Positions 36,346 through 46,318 of a stretch of 64,000 bases of DNA are shown piece by piece. Source of the DNA: Phyllobates terribilis (Eukaryota); the NCBI RefSeq assembly GCF_046119375.1, contig NW_027362766.1, positions 11,718,001-11,782,000 on the forward strand, in the 5' to 3' direction. The notes below the pieces were generated by a model. The model made no database searches, was not told the origin of the DNA, and saw only the letters and a list, made by a program, of their open reading frames with translations. The translations under genes and the position numbers were made by a program. Each line of letters starts with the position of its first letter. Position 1 is the stretch's first letter.

Positions 36346-39300
36346 TTAGATTCCTTTGTATTGTATCCAAGGTTCCCATATCTTTTCAAATATGTTCTGT
36401 GTTCCTCTTTTCCCATATATTCCTCTTTCCATCTGTATAATGAATTCTATTTGTCTAAAAAATTCTTCCTCGGAGGGAGGGTCAGTTCCAATCCAATTCC
36501 TCGCTATAACTTTCCTAGCACAGTAAAGTAATCTAGCAATGGCTATTTTAATATTTTTATCAGCTAATATCTCTTCTACATAGCCCAAGAAACATGTAAT
36601 AGGGTCCCCTGGGACTTCGCACTTGTACGCCCCATCAATTGCAGCTAGGACCCCTGACCAAAACCTTAATAGTCTAGGGCGTTCCCACATCATGTGGAAT
36701 ATGCCCGCCTCCCCTCCCCCACATCTTGGGCATTTTGAATCATCCCTTATCCCCATTTTATGCATAATTAGCGGAGATCTATAGACTCTGTGAATTACAT
36801 AAATATGGCACAGTCTTGCAGGATCGCTCATAGAAAGTATAGGTATATATTCCAGTATGTTTTCCCAAATGTCGTCCCTTATGGGTCCAATTTCCTCTTC
36901 CCATTTACTTTTAGATCTTATTGGAAACTCCAGTAGGTAAGTGTGCATCAAGTCCTTCTACGTTCCCGAGATTACTCCTCTGGTGTCTCCCTCCTGACAA
37001 ATATATTCCAGGACTACATCTGTTTCCACTTAGTTCCTTGGAACTTGATTGCGTGATTAATCTGCCTATAGTGATACCATTCTGAATTTGGCAGCAAAAA
37101 TTCACTCTGTAGCTACGAGAAGGGTTTAAGACTTTCCCCCTCCATTATTTGATGCATATAATTAATTCCTTTACCTATCCGTTCTCTCATGATACCAATC
37201 TTTTGCATCTCTGGAAAGTTATTGTTCTTCCGTATAGGAGTAAATTTAGTTAGACCCTTCACTCCTCTCACTCTCTTTACCATGTTCCAAGTTTTATGTA
37301 TGAGATCCATTGTCGGCATTTTTCCCCCCAATCTATTCATGTCTCCACCCTCCAAGCCGTCAAGTATTTGTCTTTCTCCAATGGAATGTTCCAAAATTCT
37401 TTTTGAAGATCCACCAGATCCCAAACATGACCATCCCCTGAAATGTTGACTCTGTGCTGCCAGATAATAGATTTCTGCCAATCCACCCTCCTCCTTAGGT
37501 CTCTGGAGAGTCTCCAGCTTTATTCTTGCCTGCTTCTTTCCCCATACCAAAGCTCTACTCATTGAAGCAGTGGCGATAAATTAGTATTAAGATAATCTGA
37601 TACCGGTAGAGATATTTGTATTCCCAAGTACATTTTTACACTGCAAGTTATCAACTTCCTTTCCTCCATTTGTCAATTCAGCTTCTCGATCCACTTTGAA
37701 CAGTACTGATTTGGACCAGTTAATCTTCAGCCCCGATATCATCCCAAACCTTTCAATTATCTGCATGGCATGGTTCAATGATTCATCTGGATCGCCCAAA
37801 AAACAACAAGTTATCGTCTGCATACAGAGCAATTTTTTCCTCCAATATTCCATATGTGAACCCCTGGATCTCCTTTGTTTCCCTGATAATTGCAGCCAAA
37901 GGTTCAATTGCCATGGCAAAAAGAGGCGGCGACAGTGGGCATCCCTGTCTGGTTCCTCTACCCAAATGGAACAAAGAGGATATTGCTCCGTTAACTCTTA
38001 TCCTGGCAACAGGTTGGGAATATAATAATTGTACCCATTCAATAAACCTTGGTCCGAAGCCAAATTTTTGCATAACCACCCACAAATATTTCCATTGTAC
38101 ACTATCAAACGCCTTTTGTGCGTCCAGTGAGGTGATTATTCTTCGACCTGGGTTATCAGTTTTTAATTGAAGGTTGAGATACAATCTTCTTATGTTAGCC
38201 GCAGTGGATCTATTGGGCATAAACCCGGACTGGTCTGGATGTATTAATGAGGAAATTACCCCAGTTAGCCTATTAGCCAGGACTTTGGCTATTATTTTAA
38301 CATCAGCTGTTAGTAGCGAGATTGGTCTATACGATTCAGGAATTCTAGGGTCCTTCTCCTCCTTGGGGATCACCACTATCACCGCCTCTCTCATAGAGGC
38401 CGGCAGCACCCCCCCCTCCCTGGACTCATCAAGTACTTTCAATAGTTTGGGCATCAGGAGTTCAGCGAACTGTTTATATACTTCTGACGGTAGCCCATCC
38501 ATACCCGGGGCCTTCTCATTAGCCATGCCATGTAGAGCATTTCTTCAATAGTAATGGGGGAGTCCAGCCTCTCCCTATTCTCATTGTTTAGTCTAGGGAG
38601 CAAAATCGAATCAACGAAATTATCTATGTCCTCAGGCGTCGCCGTCCCCTCTGAGGGATAAAGGGATTTCTTATAGAAGTCACTGAAGACCTTCAATATA
38701 CCCTCCCACTCAGTAATGGTCTTCCCTTTATCATCAATCATTTCATGGACAAAGGAATTATTTCTTTGTGCCGATGCTATCACCGATAACAAATGCCCAA
38801 CCTTCTCCCCTTCGGCATAAAAATTAGCTTTCCGGAACGCCTGAATTTTTGCCATTTTGTCTATTAGAATCTTGTTCATCTTATCTTGCGCGTTTCTAAG
38901 GCCGCGCTGTACCTCAGGAGTATTACTATTTGTGGCTTCCTCCTCCACCCTTCCCAATGCTTCTAGACCTTCTTTTTCTTCTTTTTGAGTTTGTGATTTA
39001 CGCCTACAAATGTCTCTAAACAATAGCCCTCTAAGAAAGGCCTTCATCGCATCGTATTCTATTAATTTGTCTGTACTGCCATCATTGTGAATAAAAAATT
39101 CTTTCAATTCTTCTTCCATTCTCTGAACCTCAAGATGTTGTAGCCAGACGGGATGCATTTTCCACCCTTCCTTAACTATCCCTCTTTGGGGTCCATACCT
39201 AATAGTTACCATAATTGGACTATGGTCTGAGATTATTCTAGGGAGATAATGTACATCCTTTATCATGGAGTCTGCCATTTCATCCGCTAGTGCTAAATCT

Positions 39301-39909
39301 ATGCGTGATAGCGTACCATATGACGTTGAGTGACACGAGTAGCATCGTTTTCCTGTATTCCTGACCCTCCGTGTATCAATCAGTCCTATTTCTTTTATGA
39401 AGTAGCCCAAAACTGTATTGGTACTTCCCTGTATGTTTGATTGTCTCCTACTCCTGTCCCAAAAATTGTCAATTACATTATTAAAATCTCCCATCATCAA
39501 AAGCGGTAATATTTTCCCTTTTTCAGCATATTCTCTCATTAATCTAATTTTGGTGCTAGAGTAAGTGGGGGGGGGTGTATAGTGCCGCTATGCACATCGG
39601 GATTCCAAAGAAAGTCCCCTTTACTGCTACCCCCTGCCCCTCTGGATCAATGTATACATCCAATTCCTCAAAAGGTGTGGACCTATTAATTAAAATTGAA
39701 ACTCCTCTAGCATAATTAGAGAAAGTGGAGTGATACGCCTTCTGTATCCATCTTATATTTATAACCTGCGTTGTTTCCTTTTGTAAATGAGTTTCTAAAA
39801 GACATATTACCGAGGCCCCTTGATCCTGCAAACTTTTAAATATTGTTGCCCTTCTGGTTTTCTCCGATAGACCCCTAACATTCCAGCTTATAACCTTAAA
39901 ACTACCCAT
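36346..39909 (-). pseudogene. L1 ORF2 (APE + RT + C-terminal Cys-rich), frameshifted
   Basis: ISWNVRGL, MGDFNNV, SRIDL, SDHSP, YRPISLL, LDAQKAFDSV, GTRQGCPLSP, LYADD and KCPRCGG motifs spread over several frames. Confidence 0.93.
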
Positions 39910-39959
39910 AATATACGATTAATGGTGTTTCTTTTATCTTATTTCTCTTTTTTGCTGTC

Positions 39960-40672
39960 GATACCCTCCCCCCTTCCCTCCTCCCTCCCCCCGTCCCCCT
40001 TTCCCTCCCCCCCTTTCTCTCCCCTTCCCTCCTCCCTCCCCCCCGTCCCCCTTTCCCTCCCCTTCCCTCCTCCCTCCTCCCCCCCATCCCCCTTTCCCTC
40101 CCCTTCCCTCCTCCCTCCTCCCCCCCATCCCCCTTCCCCCCCCTTTCCCTCCCCTTCCCTCCTCCCTCCTCCCCTCTCCCCGTCCCCCTTTCCCTCCCCT
40201 TCCCTCCTCCCCCGTCCCCCTTTCCCCCCCTTTCCCTCCTCCTCCCTCCCCCCGTCCCCCTTTCCCTCCCCTTCCCTCCTCCCTCCTCCCCCCCGTCCCC
40301 CTTTCCCCCCCTTTCCCTCCCCTTCCCTCCTCCCTCCTCCCCCCTCCCCCCGTCCCCCTTTCCCTCCCCTTCCCTCCTCCCTCCTCCCCCCTCCCCCCCT
40401 TCCCTCCTCCCTCCTCCCCCCGTCCCCCTTTCCCCCCCCCTTTCCCTCCCCTTCCCTCCTCCCTCCTCCCCCCCATCCCCCTTTCCCCCCCCTTTCCCTC
40501 CCCTTCCCTCCTCCCTCCTCCCCCCTCCCCGTCCCCCTTTCCCTCCCCTTCCCTCCTCCCTCCTTCCCCGTCCCCTTTCCCTCCCCTTCCCTCCTCCCCC
40601 CTCCCCCTTTCCCTCCCCTTCCCTCCTCCCTCCTCCCCCCCGTCCCCCTTTCCCTCCCCTCCTCCTCCCTTT
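39960..40672. repeat. Polypyrimidine/polypurine minisatellite in the L1 inter-ORF spacer
   Basis: ~700 bp of CCCTTCCCTCCTCCC/CCCCGTCCCCCTTTCCCT units, almost entirely C/T on the + strand. Confidence 0.95.
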
Positions 40673-40808
40673 GAGTGCTTTCTAGGAGCTGTGGGTTCTC
40701 CATTCCTGTTTTTGACTCCCAATTAAAGAATACCCCAACTAGGTCTCTCATTTTAAGTTCTCAGCCGACCATTCCTTTAAGAAAAATTTTAAGTATCTTG
40801 GTAAACTC

Positions 40809-41879
40809 TCACTTTCCTGTTTGCAAAGATTTAGCATTAACAACGATCCATTCTGTGGCTTCCTCTGGCTTTGTAAAAAAGAAGACCTTATCCATAGCCA
40901 CTACTCGCAGTTTGGCCGGGAACAACATTGAGTACTTTGCGCCTAACTCTCTTAGACGTCTTTTTACTCCTCCAAATTGCATTCGCTGCCTTTGGACAGC
41001 TACCGAATAATCAGGATATATGCCAATCCGTTGGCCATTTATTGTGATCTCACCATCTTCTCTTGCTTTGCGGATGGTGATATCTCTGTCTCTATAGTGG
41101 AGTAGCTTTGCAATCAGAACACGCGGCCCTTTTCCCGTGGGCTGGGGTTGCATTGGTACTCTGTGTGCACGCTCCACCGCGTAGAATTTAGTAAGAGAGT
41201 CCGCTCTATTTTTTTCCTTCAGCCATTTTTCATTGAAATCAGTGGGATCTCTTCCCTCAGACTTTTCCGGGAGTCCGACTATTCTAATATAATTTCTTCT
41301 GGAGCGATTCTCCAAGTCATCATTTTTGGCCATCATTTCTGAGATTTGTTGTTTAAATTGCTTTTCAGATTTTGTGAGTTTATTAATCTGATCTTCTGTT
41401 TCTCCCACTCTGGTTTCCACCTCAACAGTCCTGATATTAGCCTTTTGCATATCTTTTTTAATAGTGGCCACTTCAGATTGCACTCCCAGGACTTGCTGTG
41501 TTAATGTGGTTAGTGCCTGTTTACAAAAAGACACCACAGCAAACACATCCTTAATGGTGGGGTTTTCTTGTGCATCACCCTCCTCCTGTGCAACTTCAGA
41601 CGTAGCTTCTCCATCAATATGACTACTCTCCTGGGACATGTTTTCCTCCGCTTCAATTGTTTGCCCCATCGTTTCATCCTCCTCCATCTCCTCTCCTTCA
41701 TCCAGCTCCTGTTCTTTGTCTCCTTCCACATTACGTGCATACCTTTCCAGCCTCGCCGCTGCACTCATGCGACGCTGGTAAGCTGCATTAGCTTTGGCCG
41801 CCTCCTCCTTCTTCTCGGCGCCATCTTGGGAGCTATTTCCATCTCCCCATGCCGCGTCCTTCTGTCTTCGACGGGTCAT
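40809..41879 (-). CDS. L1 ORF1p (356 aa, open)
   Basis: Coiled-coil region, then DLENRSRRNYIRIVGLPE, VERAHRVP, IYPDYS and YSMLFPAKL motifs typical of L1 ORF1 (RRM/CTD). Confidence 0.9.
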   Translation of the reverse strand: MTRRRQKDAAWGDGNSSQDGAEKKEEAAKANAAYQRRMSAAARLERYARNVEGDKEQELDEGEEMEEDETMGQTIEAEENMSQESSHIDGEATSEVAQEEGDAQENPTIKDVFAVVSFCKQALTTLTQQVLGVQSEVATIKKDMQKANIRTVEVETRVGETEDQINKLTKSEKQFKQQISEMMAKNDDLENRSRRNYIRIVGLPEKSEGRDPTDFNEKWLKEKNRADSLTKFYAVERAHRVPMQPQPTGKGPRVLIAKLLHYRDRDITIRKAREDGEITINGQRIGIYPDYSVAVQRQRMQFGGVKRRLRELGAKYSMLFPAKLRVVAMDKVFFFTKPEEATEWIVVNAKSLQTGK

Positions 41880-42189
41880 CTCTGCACTCCTCCGAGCGTC
41901 GCAGCTTCCTCTTCTGCTATCCGCAGCGCTTCCCTCACCCTCCGGTCGGCTGAGACTGACGGTGGCGGCGGCGGATCCTCTAGATGATTAGGTAGCTGCG
42001 GGAGAGCGCGGGAAACACGGCCGTTCACATCGCCTACCAGGCTCCGCCCCACAGAAAAATCTTTAAATGAGAAGGTGTGTCCAAACTTTTGGTCTGTACT
42101 GTACGCTTCCTGATTTTGTCTATTTGATCTTGTCCTCCTCCTCATCCTCATTCTCCACCATATCACCACAATATCTACCATATCACCAT

Positions 42190-42908
42190 ATCTACGTCTC
42201 TTGCAAGGGGCATTGGAGTTCCTCCAAATTTTTGGCAGCCGTTGCATTCACTGCATAGGCAAACATTATGGGAGACCCACTTCCTTATAATGGGAACATT
42301 GTTTTCAAGAAGCTCTCCGACCCCTACGTCTCTTGCAATTGGCATTGGAGTTCCTCCAAATTTTTGGCAGCTGTTGCATTCACTGCATAGGCAAACAGTA
42401 CGGGAGGCCCAATACCTAATGGAACATTGTTTTCAGGAGGCCCTCCGACCTCTACGTCTCTTGCAAGGGACATTGGAGTTCCTCCAAATTTTTGGCAGCT
42501 GTTGCATTCACTGCATAAGCAATAACAGTATAGGAGACCCACTCCTTTCTAATGGGAACATGTCATTACTGTGGCCCACCTCTATGTGTCTTTAAATTGT
42601 TATTGGGATATTTCCTAAATGTTGGCAGCCATTGGACCCACTGCATACCCTTTAATTGTATAGCAGAAGCGCTCCTTTATAATGGGAACATGTGGTTTCT
42701 GTGCCCACCTCTCTTTGTCTTTAAATTGTTATTAGGGTTTTTTCCAAAATTTTGGCGTCCCTTGCAGTCAGAGCATGGGCATTACCACGATAGGAGACCT
42801 GCTCCTTTATAATGGGAACATTATTTTTACTGAGGCCCTCCTCTATGTCTTTTCAAAGGGGTATTGCGTCCAAATTTTTGGCAGCCCTTGTAGTCACTGC
42901 ATACCCAA
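42190..42908. repeat. Degenerate ~120-bp internal repeats of a non-autonomous DNA element
   Basis: Recurrent TTGGAGTTCCTCCAAATTTTTGGCAGC..CACTGCATA..GGAGACCCACT..TAATGGGAACAT; resumes after the solo LTR at 43771. Confidence 0.6.
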
Positions 42909-43765
42909 TGTTACGGATCCGGGTGGTGGAACCTCTGTGCTGCGGTGCAAGGAGGGACCAGAGGGGCGTGACTAAGTATCTACTCGGTCTGACCAAGGTC
43001 ACACGGCGGCTTAGTCGACTCCGTGAACCAGGGAGGGACAGAGCAGAGGGACCAGGTGTCACTCTGGGGCCGACCTTGTATGAGAGCAGGTGACTCCCAC
43101 GGGTCAGAAGGCAGGAACTGACTGGTACAGCGGAAGAGCACGGCAGGCAGGCTGACGGGTGGTCCAGGTAGTCAGGCAGGCTGATTCGGCTGATAGCCAG
43201 ACAGGTGCTCCGGGTAGGCAAGCTGGCGTGCACAACAGGTAACTAGCAGGTGCTTCCAGGTAAGCAGGCAAGCGGGCACAGCTGGTAACAGGCAGGTGCT
43301 TCCAGGTAAGCAGTCGGGCGGGCACGGCAGGTAACAGGCAGGTGCTTCCAGGTAAGCAGGCGGGCAGAGCCCATAGACAGATTGGCGGACTGAACTGTAG
43401 ACAGACTGTCGGGCTGGAGAGTAGTCAGACTGGCGGACCGGACTGAAGAACAGACTGGCGGACGGAACTGACTTGCAGAAGACCTGTGGGCTGAAGCAAA
43501 GTAAGAGTAACAGAGCAACAGCCTTGCACGGGCACCTCCATATTGGAGGAGGTGCCTTTTATAGAGAAAGCCCTCCGGTCATTGGTTGGGGACTTTTTAG
43601 GACGGCGCGCGCAGCCCCTTTAAGAGGGAGGGAGCGTGCCCTAAAGTTCGAGGGAAGCTGCGTGCACCAGCAGCAGCAGGGAGGCCGAAAGACGCCGGAG
43701 CAGGACCGCGGCAGTAGGGGAGACAGCGTCTCTGCCTGGCAGGGGGTAGAGACGCTGATGTTACA
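42909..43765. mobile_element. Solo LTR (857 bp)
   Basis: TGTTAC...GTTACA termini with a 5-bp TSD CCCAA at 42904-42908 and 43766-43770. Confidence 0.85.
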
Positions 43766-44546
43766 CCCAATAACAGTATAGGAGACCCACTCTTTAATAA
43801 TGGGAACAATAAAGAATAGCCAACTGCTGGCCCTTTAAGAATAGTAAGGGCCCCCTGATAGCCGTATAAAAATAGTATTTGTGCGTTTCAGAGTCTTTCC
43901 TTCATAAATGAAACAGGATGTGTCTGATCATGTCTCACATACCACATGGCAAGATAAGGTAGTAAAATATTAAAATGACATTTACCTTTTGAATATATTT
44001 TGAAAGCAATGCAAAAGTGCACAAACGCATCAAAAACGCTACGTGTGAACATAGCCCAAGGTGTGGAGGAGCATTTTTGTTTTTGTATATTTATTTTGCC
44101 TTATATACAAGTCATTACCCTGGAAAGGATGTTCCTTAACATTTTGCCCAGGAAAATCCATTTTGTTTTTGTATGTTTTATTGTGAGTCCGTAAAAGTGG
44201 CGTAATAACTCTGACAACATTGTTGACAGCAGTGACCTGGGAGTCAGAGATGCTTCCAGGGGTCTTCCCCATGCTGTTCCCATGTCATATGAGCACCGTT
44301 CCCATCCATTTGGGCAATTTTTAGGCCCTCTGCAGACCGCCAGGGGAGAAGGGGGGAGGTGCTTGAAAAATGCTCGAGTTTCCCATAGACTTAGATTGGG
44401 CTTATTACTCGGACCGAGCTCTCGAGCATTCCAATTTGGTCAACCCGAGCAACGAGTACCCGAGGATTTTAGTGCTCGCTCATCACTAGTAGTGATGTGT
44501 GACTTGGAGAATAAAGAAGAAAATTGATCTTCCACCCTACTTTATA

Positions 44547-46151
44547 ATAGGAAGGTATCCACAACCAGAATTTATGCCAGAACATGGATAAAATTTCTAG
44601 CTTTCTCTGGATCAAAGCTTAAGGCGGGGGCTCCAGTGGGCCACATTCTGGAGTTTCTGCAGAAGGGTTTTTAACTAGGCCTATCAACCAGCACCCTCAA
44701 GGGCCAGGTGTCAGCTTTGAGGGCCCTATACAACTGTGAACTAGCGCGTAATTATTGAGTATCTAGATTTATTAGGGCTTCATATAGATCTGGGCCTATC
44801 TTAAAAAGAAAGGGTAGTACCGTGGGATTTAAATCTGGTCTTAGCGGCCATGACAGAGTTGCCATTCAAGCCCATTGATTTAGCATCTGTTAAAGTGCTT
44901 TCCCTTAAAACAGCCCTGCTGGTAGCCTTAGCATCTGTTCGTAGGGTCAGTGACATTTAGGCCCTTTGTAGAGTTCCACCATTCACTCAGTGTCTTGAGG
45001 ACATAGTAATTTTGAAGCCGGATCCATCCTACCTACCTAAAGTAATGTCTCGGTTTCAAAGGTTACAGGAGATAATTCTTCCCTCTTTTTGCTCTAATCC
45101 TAAGAATCAGAAGGAGGAGAAGCTTCATACTTTAGATGTTAGAAGATGTCTACTAAAGTATCTGTCTGTGACTGACTCCTGGAAAGTCTAAAGACTCACT
45201 CTACAAGGGCCCTGTGTCACGGGTGTGTCAGGTGTGACAGACAGTCGTTCTGGATCCAGCTGTAGAATGTCATTGCGCTTGGCGCTGCAGGCACCTTCTT
45301 GATCTTTTCATCTGTAGTCTAGTGATATCCTTCTCCTTCTAGGACCTAGCAGTGACCTCCACCTTCTGCTGCTAATTGACACACCCTTGCTGGAAGTTTA
45401 AATACCTTCAGTCTCTACAGAGAGTCGCCGGTGATAGCTCTATTTTCCTCTCTCCAGGCTTAAAGTACTAGTTGTTGGCTAGTGTCTTCTTGGAGTTCCC
45501 TTGGAGGATAGTTGGCATGATCTCTCTGGTGTAATCTCAAGCTAAATGTTTTCCTTTGTCTGTTTACCTGTATGTCTTTAGTTGCAGTGGGGGCTGACTA
45601 GTGCTCACCCCATCCCCTCCCTATCTAGGGCCTATCACTAGGGGCAGTCAGGGATTAGGTTTCCTGCTCGGTGATAGGTACGAAACCTATTTAGGAACGT
45701 TAGGGGAGGCAGGGTGTTGTCAGATTGAATATGGGTTCCTCTTCCGACCTCACCTTTGGAAGAAGGGTGCTCCAGGTTGTGGTCCCTCCCTAAATTCTTA
45801 CTTTCTCTGTAATTCTCTCGTGGTGCTGTCATGGGTGATCGATAAAGTCTTAGTTACTTACTGGTAACTGTATTTTTCGGAACCCATGACAGCACCCTTA
45901 TATTCCCTCCCATCACGTGTGGGCGAGCACTTTTTCTGCTAGTGTATCAGTTCACATTGTGATTAATTTGTGGTACGGGGAAAACTTGTGTTTTGCAGTA
46001 ATTTTTGGAGGTCCTCTCATGCTCTGTAATGCAACTGATGCGTAGGCGAGGTACCACCCTGCAGGTTTCCTGTCCTTGAAGGGCAGATTCCCTCTCTCTT
46101 GGTACTGTCATGGGTTCCAAAAAATCCTGTTACCGGTAAGTAACTAAGACT
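44547..46151 (+). mobile_element. DIRS-type (tyrosine recombinase) retrotransposon 3' remnant, interrupted by an LTR-like insert
   Basis: Degraded YR-like translation (RKVSTTRIYARTW..ILEFLQKG..STLKGQVSAL..YLPKV..LHTLDVRRCL); inverted repeats 45846-45897 and 46101-46151 plus an ICR-like copy GGTGCTGTCATGGGT at ~45822. Confidence 0.75.
45215..45770. mobile_element. LTR-like insert inside the DIRS remnant
   Basis: Starts TGTCACGGG and breaks the recombinase frame; right end and TSD not resolved. Confidence 0.45.
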
Positions 46152-46318
46152 TTTAGACCACAGGCTGAGCAGATCTGAATTTGAGATGTTCAGATTGACA
46201 CTGTTGATATAGTTATCTTTTGAAGTATGATTGCTTAGAGATCCCAACTTGAATTTTGGTACAAATGTGGCTAGGAGCTTAGGAGGCATATGTGAATTTT
46301 TTGAAAATGTTATACCAT

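Larger units (their letters stand above)
36057..42050 (-). mobile_element. Full-length L1-clade LINE (~6 kb)
   Basis: 5' end GGGGCGGAGCC, ORF1, ORF2, AATAAA and poly(A); 14-bp TSD ACAGAAAA(A/T)TCTTT at 36043-36056 and 42051-42064; target site TCTTT/AAA. Confidence 0.95.
34466..42101 (+). mobile_element. Tc1/mariner element with ~190-bp TIRs and near-intact transposase; right TIR split by an L1
   Basis: TA|CAGTACAGACCAAAAGTTTGGACACACC ... GGTGTGTCCAAACTTTTGGTCTGTACTG|TA; ORF 34880-35650 continues after one frameshift to 35930 (VLWSDE, FQQDNDPKH, WPPQSPDLNPIE). Confidence 0.95.
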
